35,610 nucleotides of DNA from Alphaproteobacteria bacterium (GTDB lineage Bacteria > Pseudomonadota > Alphaproteobacteria > Rickettsiales > UBA998): the NCBI GenBank assembly GCA_030430795.1, contig JAUIJX010000001.1:1-35610 (forward strand). Direction: 5' to 3'. Position 1 is the first letter of the stretch. Each line of letters begins with the position of its first letter. A program made the translations under genes and the position numbers. Under the pieces are notes generated by a model. It searched no databases and had not been told where the DNA came from. It worked only from the letters and a program-made list of their open reading frames with translations. Positions 1 through 7,991 of the stretch are shown here, piece by piece.

Positions 1-201
1 TACGAAATTATCCGCAACAATCCGGGACTGACCAAGGAGATCCGGGCCGAGGCGATGGAGCGCTTCGGATGCAGCAAGAGTCGATTCGAGACCGCACTCA
101 AGGAATTGCAGATCACCCTTAACATCGCCCGCAGCAACGATCCCGAGGAGACCAACGACCGCTGGCTGCCCTGGGCCGAGTTGTATCCGGATTTCGGATA
201 A
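1..201 (+). CDS. 3' end of an unidentified CDS (5' end lies outside the window)
   Basis: Frame 1 is open from base 1 to TAA at 199-201 (YEIIRNNPGLTKEIRAEAMERFGCSKSRFETALKELQITLNIARSNDPEETNDRWLPWAELYPDFG). No motif recognised. Third codon positions are strongly C/G-ending, unlike the rest of the window. Confidence 0.45.
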   Translation, partial: YEIIRNNPGLTKEIRAEAMERFGCSKSRFETALKELQITLNIARSNDPEETNDRWLPWAELYPDFG

Positions 202-234
202 GGCCACACCCTTCCCAGCCGGTCCGTCGAACAT

Positions 235-702
235 TCAGCAGTGGCAACCACGGCAGGTTTGCGCCGCATCGTTTATGGCATTGACGATGTTGGCGTTGAG
301 GCGTTCGCGCTCCTCAAAGGATTCATCGAGGGTCAGTTTACCGATTTCCGAACGCATGGTGGTTTGTGCCAGCTGCGTGACGGCGTAGACCGGGTCGCTT
401 ACCCCATACGATGCCTGAATCGGGTCAACGATACGCACGTAAATGACGCCGTCCATCACCAGTGTTACGTTGTCACGCGTGATGGCGGTTTGTTCCTGTA
501 CGTCATAAGCGTATTCCTTGAGAGAATGCTTGTAGGCGATGTTCTCGATAAACGGAATCAAGATGTTGAGACCCGGCTCTAGTTTACGGTCGAATTTCCC
601 CAGTTTTTCAACGATCCATGCCGATTGTTGCGGCACGATTTTGACGCCTTTCCAGACGATGAGGACGAAGACAAATGCAACGACGAGAAAAAAGAAATTC
701 AT
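235..702 (-). CDS. SPFH/band-7 (stomatin/QmcA-like) protein, apparently truncated at the C-terminus
   Basis: ATG at 702 follows AGGAG. It encodes an N-terminal TM helix (MNFFFLVVAFVFVLIVW) and then KIVPQQSAWIVEKLGKF...PFIENIAYKHSLKE...TRDNVTLVMDG, typical of SPFH domains. Similarity ends after ...IVNAINDAAQ, where QmcA-type proteins continue with PWG(I/V)KV; here it reads TCRGCHC-stop. The product is about 155 aa, whereas this family is usually about 300 aa. Confidence 0.7.
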   Translation of the reverse strand: MNFFFLVVAFVFVLIVWKGVKIVPQQSAWIVEKLGKFDRKLEPGLNILIPFIENIAYKHSLKEYAYDVQEQTAITRDNVTLVMDGVIYVRIVDPIQASYGVSDPVYAVTQLAQTTMRSEIGKLTLDESFEERERLNANIVNAINDAAQTCRGCHC

Positions 703-715
703 GAAACGCTCCTGT

Positions 716-1186
716 TCACGATGTCGGTGGTTTGAGATAGAGCATGGTGCCTTTAACCGCAGTGACCTCTGCCGTTGCGCCATCCTCCAGCATGTCTACG
801 CCAGCATCATCCGCCAGTTTCGCTGACATGGTGGTGCCGGACCATTTGGCTTTGCCGGCGACACCTTTTTTCAGACCTCCACCGGTGACGGTGGCCGTGG
901 TGCCGATCATGTTGTTGAACTGATCTTCCGCGGATGGGTTGAGCCGCCAGCGTTTCATCGGTTTCCATAACGTAATGGCAGTGAGGACGGTCATGCCGAA
1001 CCACAAGGTGAATTGCAGCACGTGATCACTGTATTCAATGATGTCCGCCTGAATTAATCCGCCGACGATGATGGCCGCCAGTCCGGCAAATACCAGCCCA
1101 ATGCCGGGAATACCGAATGCTTCCAGTGCCATGAATACGGCACCGCCAATCAGCCAGAGATAGGGTTCAGACAGAGGCATGGGCAT
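716..1186 (-). CDS. NfeD-family membrane protein (YbbJ-like partner of SPFH proteins)
   Basis: It has hydrophobic N-terminal helices and a C-terminal OB-like soluble domain (GTTATVTGGGLKKGVAGKAKWSGTTMSAKL...GATAEVTAVKGTMLYLKP). It lies 13 bp upstream of the SPFH gene on the same strand, the classic nfeD-SPFH operon. The start may be the second ATG at 1180, which has better spacing from AGGAG. Confidence 0.78.
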   Translation of the reverse strand: MPMPLSEPYLWLIGGAVFMALEAFGIPGIGLVFAGLAAIIVGGLIQADIIEYSDHVLQFTLWFGMTVLTAITLWKPMKRWRLNPSAEDQFNNMIGTTATVTGGGLKKGVAGKAKWSGTTMSAKLADDAGVDMLEDGATAEVTAVKGTMLYLKPPTS

Positions 1187-1245
1187 GCTCCTTCAGTGAT
1201 TGTGCCCGTGATTATGACGCAATCAGGAGCAAAGGAAAGTAAAAA

Positions 1246-1890
1246 TTATTCTGCTGCTTCAGCTGCCGGTTCTTCCGCCGGTGGCGGAGGATTCGGGATC
1301 GGCTTGTTGCTGCCCAGTGAGTTGAGATACACGAGAAGTGCTGCGCGATCTTCCGGTTTCTTCATGCCCGCGTAGGCCATTTTGGTGCCGGGAACATATT
1401 TCTTCGGCTTAGTGAAAAATTCAGACAGTTCCTGAAAACCCCATGATCCACCTTTTTCCTGCAAAGCAGAGGAGTAAGTAAAGTCGCCGCTGTGTGCTTT
1501 ATTGGCGCCGACAATACCCCACAGATTCGGACCGACTTTGTGCGCGCCGCCTTTTTCAAAACTATGGCAGGTGGCACATGCCTTGGTGAGCTTTTCGCCC
1601 TGCGCCGCATCCGCTGAGGCAAGGTAAATGGCAATGTCCACCGGCCCTTCTTCTTTTGCAGTGCCGCCAGTTTCACTGGCTTCGGCGACCGCGATAGAAT
1701 AACCACGCGTTTCAATATCTATTTCCGGATGATAGAGCACGCCGGCGACTTTGCTGATAACGATAGCTGTTAAGCCTGCAAGCAGTACGGCTCCGGCGAT
1801 TTTGTTCAACTCAAAACTGTCTACATTGGCAAGCGCTTTGAATGGCGCAGTAAGAATGGAACCAATTAATTGGAACAAATCCTTAATCAT
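1246..1890 (-). CDS. Membrane-anchored class I (mitochondrial-type) cytochrome c, CycM-like
   Basis: It carries a CATCH heme-binding motif followed by GPNLWGIVG...GTKMAYAGMKK (Met ligand region). An N-terminal TM anchor (AGAVLLAGLTAIVISKV) and a Pro/Ala/Glu-rich C-terminal tail are present. I chose the internal ATG at 1890 (MIKDLFQ), which follows GAGAGAG, rather than the longer ORF-track start. Confidence 0.85.
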   Translation of the reverse strand: MIKDLFQLIGSILTAPFKALANVDSFELNKIAGAVLLAGLTAIVISKVAGVLYHPEIDIETRGYSIAVAEASETGGTAKEEGPVDIAIYLASADAAQGEKLTKACATCHSFEKGGAHKVGPNLWGIVGANKAHSGDFTYSSALQEKGGSWGFQELSEFFTKPKKYVPGTKMAYAGMKKPEDRAALLVYLNSLGSNKPIPNPPPPAEEPAAEAAE

Positions 1891-1920
1891 AGCTCTCTCA
1901 CGTTTCTCAACAAATGGTGG

Positions 1921-1947
1921 TTGATTAAATTTGCCTATAGCTATAAT
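1921..1947 (+). promoter_or_regulatory. Candidate sigma70-type promoter for kdsB
   Basis: TTGATT (1921-1926) and TATAAT (1942-1947) are separated by a short 15-nt spacer, about 60 nt upstream of the kdsB ATG in the divergent cycM/kdsB spacer. Confidence 0.3.
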
Positions 1948-2007
1948 GGCGTGATTGTATCGATGCAATTAGTAATTGAATGTAAGCCAGCCGGAAGTGC
2001 CGTTATC

Positions 2008-2733
2008 ATGCAACCTGTGATTATCATACCAGCCAGACGAGCTTCTACGCGCCTCCCTGATAAACCATTGGCAGACATTGCCGGAAAGCCCATGATCGTG
2101 CATGTGTATGAGCGCGCGGAGGCGTCCGGTGAGGGGCCGGTTTGGGTGGCGACTGATGATCGGGAGATTGCCGACGTAGTGGAAGCGGCAGGCGGCAAAG
2201 CGGTGATGACCGATGCCACGCATCCTTCCGGCTCCGACCGTATCTGGCAGGCACTCGGCAGTATCGACGGCGATGGGAAGTACGACACGGTGATCAATGT
2301 GCAGGGCGATGTGCCGACGATTGAGCCGGAGTTGCTCACGGTGGTGGCCGAGCCGTTGAAGCAGGCGCATGTGGATATCGCGACGCTGGCCTGCGAGATC
2401 GACAATGACGATGATAAAAGCAATCCGGCGATCGTGAAGCCGGTGATTGCCTGGCAGGATGACACTCATGGCAAGGCGCTTTATTTTTCGCGTGCCTGTA
2501 TTCCCGGCGGGGAGGGGCCGCTGTTTCATCATATCGGCATCTATGCCTATCGGCGCAGCGCACTGGAGAAATTCGTATCCCTGCCGCCAAGCCCGCTGGA
2601 ACTGCGCGAGAGGCTGGAACAATTGCGGGCGCTGGAAGCCGGAATGCATATTGACGTGGTGCGTGTGAATACAGTACCGCTAGGTGTCGATACCCCAGAG
2701 CAACTCGAACAGGCAAGGAGCCATTTTTCATGA
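2008..2733 (+). CDS. kdsB: 3-deoxy-manno-octulosonate cytidylyltransferase (CMP-KDO synthetase)
   Basis: Motifs IIPARRASTRLPDKPL, NVQGDVP and LEQLRALEAG are present, and the length (~242 aa) fits. The start is set at ATG 2008 (MQPVIIIPAR). Confidence 0.9.
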   Translation: MQPVIIIPARRASTRLPDKPLADIAGKPMIVHVYERAEASGEGPVWVATDDREIADVVEAAGGKAVMTDATHPSGSDRIWQALGSIDGDGKYDTVINVQGDVPTIEPELLTVVAEPLKQAHVDIATLACEIDNDDDKSNPAIVKPVIAWQDDTHGKALYFSRACIPGGEGPLFHHIGIYAYRRSALEKFVSLPPSPLELRERLEQLRALEAGMHIDVVRVNTVPLGVDTPEQLEQARSHFS

Positions 2734-3728
2734 AATACGAAGTGAATACCGAAGGAACCCAGTATGATGTCGTTGGCATAGGCAATGCCATTGTCGATGT
2801 GTTGGCACATGTCGAAGACGCATTTCTCGATACTGAGAAAATGACCAAGGGGGCGATGGGTCTGATCGATGAGGCGCGGATGCTTGACCTCTACCAAAAG
2901 ATTGAGTCAGTGAAAGAATGTTCCGGTGGGTCAGTGGCCAACAGCATGGCAGCATTAGCGTCGCTCGGTGCACGCTCGGCTTATATGGGGCGGGTGCATG
3001 CGGATGAGTTCGGCCAGTTATTCGCCGATGACATGCATGCGTCCGGGGTAACGTTTAAAACCGAACCGGTGGCCAAAGGAAAGCCGACAGCCTGCTGTAT
3101 TGTCTGTGTGACTCCGGATGCGGAACGAACAATGAATACGTATCTGGGCGCCTGTACCGAAATGGAGCCATCGGATGTTGATGAAACGGCCGTGTCCAAA
3201 TCCGCGATTGTGTATGTCGAAGGCTATCTATGGGATCAACCGGCAGCGAAGGCGGCGATCCGCAAAGCGCTGTCGGCGGCAAAGATGGCAAACCGCACGG
3301 TGGCACTGTCACTTTCTGATACGTTCTGTGTGGATCGCCATCGTGCAGAATTCCGCCAGTTGCTGGAAAAAGACGTGGATGTGTTATTCGCCAATGAATT
3401 TGAGATTCTCAGCCTGTTTGAGACCGACAATATGAGCGAGGCGATTGAGCAGGTGTTGCCGCTGGTGGATGTCGGTGTGATTACCCGCAGCGAGCAGGGT
3501 GCGATTGTGACGCTGAAGGAAGAGGATTATTACGTGCCGGCCGATATCGTGAAGAATGTGGTGGATACGACCGGAGCGGGCGATCTGTTTGCTGCCGGCT
3601 TCCTCTATGGTTTGTCGCAAGGCTGGAGCGTGCAGGATTGTGCGAAACAAGGACACCATTGCGCCGGGCAGATCATTCAGCAAATCGGCGCGCGTGCCGA
3701 ACAGCCGCTGCAAAAGCTGGTGGCCTGA
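2730..3728 (+). CDS. PfkB-family carbohydrate/nucleoside kinase, adenosine-kinase-like
   Basis: It has GIGNAIVDV and GGSVANS motifs N-terminally and the PfkB signature DTTGAGDLFAAGFLYG C-terminally. AAGGAG lies 9 nt upstream. The start overlaps the kdsB stop (ATGA). Confidence 0.8.
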   Translation: MKYEVNTEGTQYDVVGIGNAIVDVLAHVEDAFLDTEKMTKGAMGLIDEARMLDLYQKIESVKECSGGSVANSMAALASLGARSAYMGRVHADEFGQLFADDMHASGVTFKTEPVAKGKPTACCIVCVTPDAERTMNTYLGACTEMEPSDVDETAVSKSAIVYVEGYLWDQPAAKAAIRKALSAAKMANRTVALSLSDTFCVDRHRAEFRQLLEKDVDVLFANEFEILSLFETDNMSEAIEQVLPLVDVGVITRSEQGAIVTLKEEDYYVPADIVKNVVDTTGAGDLFAAGFLYGLSQGWSVQDCAKQGHHCAGQIIQQIGARAEQPLQKLVA

Positions 3729-5017
3729 TGACCGCTTCTTCCTGGCAACGCCTCCCGTTTGCCGGGTATCTGCATCCAAAACTAATTGCAGTGCTGCTGC
3801 TGGGGTTTTCCAGCGGCCTGCCCATTTTGCTGATTGGCGGCACGATGGGGCTGTGGCTGTTTGAGGCCGGACTCGATATCAAAAATATCGGTATCTTTGG
3901 GCTGGTGTCGTTGCCGTATTCGTTCAATTTTGTGTGGGCGCCGATTATTGACCATGTGCGCATCCCGGTGCTGACGCGCTTGCTGGGGCGGCGGCGAAGC
4001 TGGATGCTGGTGTCGCAGATTGCGCTGGCCTGCATGCTGATGCTGATGGCCGGGCTGGATCCTGCCGGGGCGCCGATGATGGTGGCGTATGTCGCGGTGG
4101 CGGTGGCATTTTGTTCGGCGACGCAGGATGTGGTGATCGACGCGTTTCGTACCGAGTATCTGGCGAAGGAGCAATATGGCGAAGGTGCTGCGATGGCCGT
4201 GTATGGCTACCGTATCGGCATGTATATGGCAGGCGCCGGGGCACTGTTTATCGCCGAGCAGAGCAACTGGCATCTGGTTTATACCATCATGGCAGCGCTG
4301 ATGGCGGTGGGAATGCTGACGGTGTTTTTTGTCTCCGAGCCACCACAGCCGGAAAACGCTGAAAAACCCGCAGGCGACGGCATCAAAGCATGGCTGGTGA
4401 TGGCGATGGTGATGCCGTTTAAGGATTTCATGGCGCGGCATCATTTTGCCGTGCTGATTCTGGTGTTTATCGTGTTTTACAAAATGCCGGACGGGTTTAT
4501 CGCGCTCTACACAAAAGTGTTTTTCCGTGACCTTGGGTTCGACAAAATGGAGATTGCCGAAATCGTCAGCACCTACGGCATGGTTGCGACGTTTGTCGGC
4601 ATGTTTATCGGTGGCTGGTTGATTCACCGACTTGGTATTACGCGGTGCCTGTTTTATTTTTTGATCCTACAGATTTTCACCAATCTGGCGTTTGCCGTGT
4701 TCGGAATGATTGGGAAAAACCTTATCGTATTGATGGTGGTCAACAGTCTTGATTCGATGTCCGGCGGTATGATCGGCGCGGTGGCGGTGGCCTATATGAT
4801 GAGCTTGTGCAATATCCAGTATACGGCGACACAATATGCATTGCTGTCATCACTGGTGGCGCTTTCCAGCAAGACCATCGCCAGCTATGGCGGCTATGTG
4901 GTGGAAGTATTTGGCTGGGAGGCGATGTTTGTTTTGTCCGCATTACTCGGATTGCCCGCGGTTGCGCTGCTGTTCGTGATGCAAAAAACCGGCACGCTGG
5001 CACCCGCAAAAACTTGA
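3728..5017 (+). CDS. ampG: AmpG-family MFS muropeptide permease
   Basis: This is a multi-TM MFS protein with LGFSSGLPILL and YSFNFVWAPIIDH motifs characteristic of AmpG. ATG 3728 overlaps the preceding stop (TGATG). Confidence 0.82.
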   Translation: MTASSWQRLPFAGYLHPKLIAVLLLGFSSGLPILLIGGTMGLWLFEAGLDIKNIGIFGLVSLPYSFNFVWAPIIDHVRIPVLTRLLGRRRSWMLVSQIALACMLMLMAGLDPAGAPMMVAYVAVAVAFCSATQDVVIDAFRTEYLAKEQYGEGAAMAVYGYRIGMYMAGAGALFIAEQSNWHLVYTIMAALMAVGMLTVFFVSEPPQPENAEKPAGDGIKAWLVMAMVMPFKDFMARHHFAVLILVFIVFYKMPDGFIALYTKVFFRDLGFDKMEIAEIVSTYGMVATFVGMFIGGWLIHRLGITRCLFYFLILQIFTNLAFAVFGMIGKNLIVLMVVNSLDSMSGGMIGAVAVAYMMSLCNIQYTATQYALLSSLVALSSKTIASYGGYVVEVFGWEAMFVLSALLGLPAVALLFVMQKTGTLAPAKT

Positions 5018-5041
5018 TGTAATCTGTTGTTTCATTATAAT
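5014..5041 (+). promoter_or_regulatory. Candidate sigma70-type promoter for the 5073-5785 cassette
   Basis: TTGATG (5014-5019, overlapping the ampG stop) and TATAAT (5036-5041) are separated by a 16-nt spacer. An AAGGTG Shine-Dalgarno lies at 5064-5069 before ATG 5073. Confidence 0.4.
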
Positions 5042-5072
5042 AATTGTGTGATTCAATAAAATTAAGGTGCTG

Positions 5073-5537
5073 ATGCCAGAAGGATTTCTGAAAGATTTCG
5101 ATGTTGAACAGGATGAAGAGATTCTTGCCTATCGTCGGGAGCTATTTGGAAAAATCCCCCCTCAACTTCTCCCTTCTATTGAGAAAATTATTGCCGAGAT
5201 GACGGATCAGCTGAATTTGCATCGCAAGCGTACGGATGCAGGTGCCGCCATTTCCACGGAACGCCAAATGCTGGATCAGCATGTTCAGCAAAGTGCTAAA
5301 AAGACACAAACGCCCAGTAAGTTGCAGCAAATGATGAAAAAAAAGAAGCCGGCGCCACCACTCAGTTCCAAAAAACTGCAAGAACAGTATGAAGATGATA
5401 TACGTCAGATATTGTCGGAAGAGCCGTATAGTGAGGAGCAGATCATGCATCTGATGAAAGAAATCATGTTCCGGGCATTCAAGGATGCCGTGAAGCGTTC
5501 CGACCGCGCTCACTTTCTGATGCGGGAAAATTTCTGA
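5073..5537 (+). CDS. Hypothetical protein (orphan, 154 aa)
   Basis: The ORF has a good SD. It has an acidic N-terminus, a Lys-rich low-complexity linker (QQMMKKKKPAPPLSSKK) and a helical C-terminus. No motif recognised. It is visibly more AT-rich than its neighbours. Confidence 0.6.
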   Translation: MPEGFLKDFDVEQDEEILAYRRELFGKIPPQLLPSIEKIIAEMTDQLNLHRKRTDAGAAISTERQMLDQHVQQSAKKTQTPSKLQQMMKKKKPAPPLSSKKLQEQYEDDIRQILSEEPYSEEQIMHLMKEIMFRAFKDAVKRSDRAHFLMRENF

Positions 5538-5785
5538 TGAGTGAAGATTTAGTTTTCCGTGAAGGTGAAGTGATTTTCCGGCAAGGCTATCCCAGCGATA
5601 ACGCCTATATCATCAAATCCGGCAAGGTTGAGATTTTCAGCGAGCATCCCGATGGTAGTGAAGAGCGCATCATCGTGCTGGAAGAAGGTCAGATGTTCGG
5701 CGAATACGGGGTGCTGGACGACGCGCCGCGTTCGGCGTCGGCGCGGGCGGTGTCGTTAGTGCGCCTCCAAATCATGCCGTTGTAG
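5537..5785 (+). CDS. Stand-alone minimal cyclic-nucleotide-binding (cNMP) beta-roll protein, 82 aa
   Basis: FREGEVIFRQGYPSDNAYIIKSGKVEI...GQMFGEYGVLDDAPRSASARA matches the Crp/PKA-type cNMP-binding fold, including the phosphate-binding cassette (FGE...PRSA..A). The ATG overlaps the upstream stop (TGATG). Confidence 0.65.
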   Translation: MSEDLVFREGEVIFRQGYPSDNAYIIKSGKVEIFSEHPDGSEERIIVLEEGQMFGEYGVLDDAPRSASARAVSLVRLQIMPL

Positions 5786-5909
5786 TTTTTTATGCCCCTG
5801 CTCGGGACTGCTGTCCCTGCGCAATGGGCAAGGTTCAAGACTGGCTCGGTCTCCTGACCTCGCTTTGTTTCCTTGTTAGATTTCGCGTAAGGCGGACAGA
5901 GAAAAGCCT

Positions 5910-6827
5910 CTAGGGCCATTTGGCTTCGGGTGGCATGGACATCAGGATGGCTTCGGTGTTGCCGCCGGTCATCAGACCGAATTTGGTGCCGCGGTCGAAC
6001 AGCAAATTGAATTCCACATAGCGGCCACGTTTAATTTTTTGTGCCTCGCGGTCTTCGTCCGTCCAGGGTTTGTCCATGCGCGCGCGCGCGATCTCCGGGT
6101 AAATGTCGTGAAAGGTGCGGCCGACATCCTGCGTGTAGGCGAAATCCGCTTCCCAGTCACCGGATGACAGGTAGTCGTAAAAGATGCCGCCGATGCCGCG
6201 CGGTTCGCCCCGGTGCGGCAGGAAAAAATAATCGTCGCACCATTTTTTGTATTTCTCGTAATAGCCCTCGCCGTGCTTGTCACAACAGATGCGGAAGGCT
6301 TCATGGAAACGGGACGCAGCGTCTTTATCCTCGAACATCGGTGTGAGGTCAGCGCCGCCACCAAACCAGAAGCGGCCGGAATCTTCACCCTCCAATCCGC
6401 CGTCGCCAACAACGATGAAGCGTGTGTTCATATGCACCGCCGGAACATGCGGATTGCTCATGTGAGCGACGAGCGAGATACCGCTGGCCCAGAAAGCCGG
6501 GCTCTTATCCGCGCCCGGGATTTCCTTGCGAAATTTATCGGAAAACTCACCGTGGACAGTGGAAATATTGACGCCGACTTTTTCAAAAAAGCGGCCACGC
6601 ATGATGGACATCTCACCGCCACCACCCTGCTCACGATCCCAGTGTTTGCGCTCGAACGTGCCGGGCTCGCCTGTGTACATGTCGTATCCACCGGCGTCGC
6701 GTTCGAGTTTTTCAAAAGCGTCGCAGATGTCGTCGCGCAGATTGCGGAACCAGAAGGCTGCCGTTTCTTTGCGGCGCTCCATTTCATTTTCTTGTGGCGG
6801 TCCCAGTTTTTTTCCTAATCCAAGCAT
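5910..6827 (-). CDS. hemF: Oxygen-dependent coproporphyrinogen III oxidase
   Basis: Motifs [51 protein letters not shown] and [12 protein letters not shown] are present. ATG 6827 follows GAGGAG. The longer ORF-track start would overlap trmL extensively. Confidence 0.92.
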   Translation of the reverse strand: MLGLGKKLGPPQENEMERRKETAAFWFRNLRDDICDAFEKLERDAGGYDMYTGEPGTFERKHWDREQGGGGEMSIMRGRFFEKVGVNISTVHGEFSDKFRKEIPGADKSPAFWASGISLVAHMSNPHVPAVHMNTRFIVVGDGGLEGEDSGRFWFGGGADLTPMFEDKDAASRFHEAFRICCDKHGEGYYEKYKKWCDDYFFLPHRGEPRGIGGIFYDYLSSGDWEADFAYTQDVGRTFHDIYPEIARARMDKPWTDEDREAQKIKRGRYVEFNLLFDRGTKFGLMTGGNTEAILMSMPPEAKWP

Positions 6828-7261
6828 TGTTGTCTCCTCATTTCCGATACAGCGATGGCGGCGCTCATGGCAAGGTTCAGTGAGCGGAGCCCCTGTTTCA
6901 TCGGGATCATGGCGCGGATATCCGCATCCCGATGCACTTCCTCCGGTGCTCCACTGCTCTCGCGGCCGAAACACAGCCAGTCATCCGTAGCGATGGTTAT
7001 GTCATATATGGACGTGTCGCCGGATGTTGTCATCAGGATAATGCGTCCTCCTTGACGAGCGTCAAGAAATGCCTCCCACGATGCATGACGAGTGAGGGAG
7101 ACGTGATCGATATAGTCCATACCGGCGCGGCGCACGCGTTTTTCATCCAGCGGAAAACCACACGGTTCAATGATGTGCAAGGGGGTATCCATGCAGGCGG
7201 CGAGTCGGAGAATCGCACCAAGATTTTGCGGAATATCGGGTTGATACAGTACGATGGGCAT
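6815..7261 (-). CDS. trmL: SpoU/TrmL-type tRNA (cytidine/uridine-2'-O)-methyltransferase
   Basis: Its ~148 aa size fits. Motifs [25 protein letters not shown] and [20 protein letters not shown] (SPOUT knot motifs) are present. It overlaps the hemF start by 13 bp. Confidence 0.85.
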   Translation of the reverse strand: MPIVLYQPDIPQNLGAILRLAACMDTPLHIIEPCGFPLDEKRVRRAGMDYIDHVSLTRHASWEAFLDARQGGRIILMTTSGDTSIYDITIATDDWLCFGRESSGAPEEVHRDADIRAMIPMKQGLRSLNLAMSAAIAVSEMRRQQCLD

Positions 7262-7435
7262 GGTTGTTTACGAATGATACGCAATGGCGTTGTGGTTGCA
7301 TTAATGTGACAAAAACAGCCAATCACAACTTGCAATGAACAAGAGACTCTTATAAGAGATGCGCTGACAAACTTCATGCCATATCATGCGGGCATTATTG
7401 GTTCAATAAGACTAACATGCAAATGGATATTTCCT

Positions 7436-7972
7436 ATGAGTAAACAGGCGACGGCGAATCCTGAAGATACCAATAGACGTGATTTTATCGTCCTGTCCGC
7501 AACGGCTATGGGCGGCCTCGGGGCTGTCGGAGCATTGTGGCCATTCGTTGATAGCATGAACCCTTCCGCCGACGTGTTGGCGCTAGCTTCCGTGGAAGTC
7601 GATCTCTCGCCGATTGCCGAAGGACAGGAAATTAAAGTGATGTGGCGCGGTAAACCGGTTTATATCCGTCACCGTACCAAAGCCGATATTGACGATGCGC
7701 GCAGCGTGGACGTCGCTGATCTGCCCGATCCACAACAAGATGCCGATCGCGTTATTGAGGGCCATGACCAATGGCTGGTGATGGTCGGTGTGTGTACCCA
7801 TCTGGGCTGTGTGCCGCTGGGTGGTAAGAAGGGTGAATTCGGCGGCTGGTTCTGCCCGTGTCACGGATCGCATTACGATACATCGGGACGCATCCGCAAA
7901 GGCCCGGCACCGAAGAATCTGCTTGTGCCGGATTATAGTTTTATCGACGATACACGAATTAAAATAGGTTAG
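7436..7972 (+). CDS. petA: Ubiquinol-cytochrome c reductase Rieske iron-sulfur subunit
   Basis: It has a Tat-like NRRDFIV signal anchor and the Rieske boxes CTHLGCVP and CPCHGSHYD. The start at 7436 gives the N-terminal length typical of alphaproteobacterial PetA. Confidence 0.93.
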   Translation: MSKQATANPEDTNRRDFIVLSATAMGGLGAVGALWPFVDSMNPSADVLALASVEVDLSPIAEGQEIKVMWRGKPVYIRHRTKADIDDARSVDVADLPDPQQDADRVIEGHDQWLVMVGVCTHLGCVPLGGKKGEFGGWFCPCHGSHYDTSGRIRKGPAPKNLLVPDYSFIDDTRIKIG

Positions 7973-7991
7973 TTGTTAAGGAGTTTGCTGC

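Noticed and set aside
1969-2649. 226-aa ORF on the minus strand.
   Set aside because: It is antisense to kdsB and has shadow-ORF composition.
3782-4627. 281-aa ORF on the minus strand.
   Set aside because: It is antisense to ampG. It is a His/Arg/Gln-rich shadow ORF with no domain signature.
5804-5817. GGGAC-TGCT-GTCCC hairpin, considered as an intrinsic terminator for the cNMP cassette or for hemF.
   Set aside because: The stem is only 5 bp and no U-tract follows on either strand. The T-run lies upstream on the plus strand. Evidence is insufficient to call a terminator.
5826-5850. GGTTCAAGAC string resembling a tRNA T-loop in the cNMP-ORF / hemF spacer, suggesting a possible tRNA or att-site remnant.
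   Set aside because: The flanking bases do not form a 5-bp T-stem. No acceptor, D or anticodon arms can be built in the surrounding 124 bp.
6828-6974. N-terminal extension of the hemF ORF in the ORF track. Similar extensions occur at 3638-3727 for ampG, 23845-23952 for purH, 1870-2007 for kdsB and 29003-29059 for the LpoA-like gene.
   Set aside because: The extensions overlap neighbouring genes or lack ribosome-binding sites, and they add non-homologous Arg/Pro-rich sequence. Internal ATGs with SD sequences give N-termini matching the known families.
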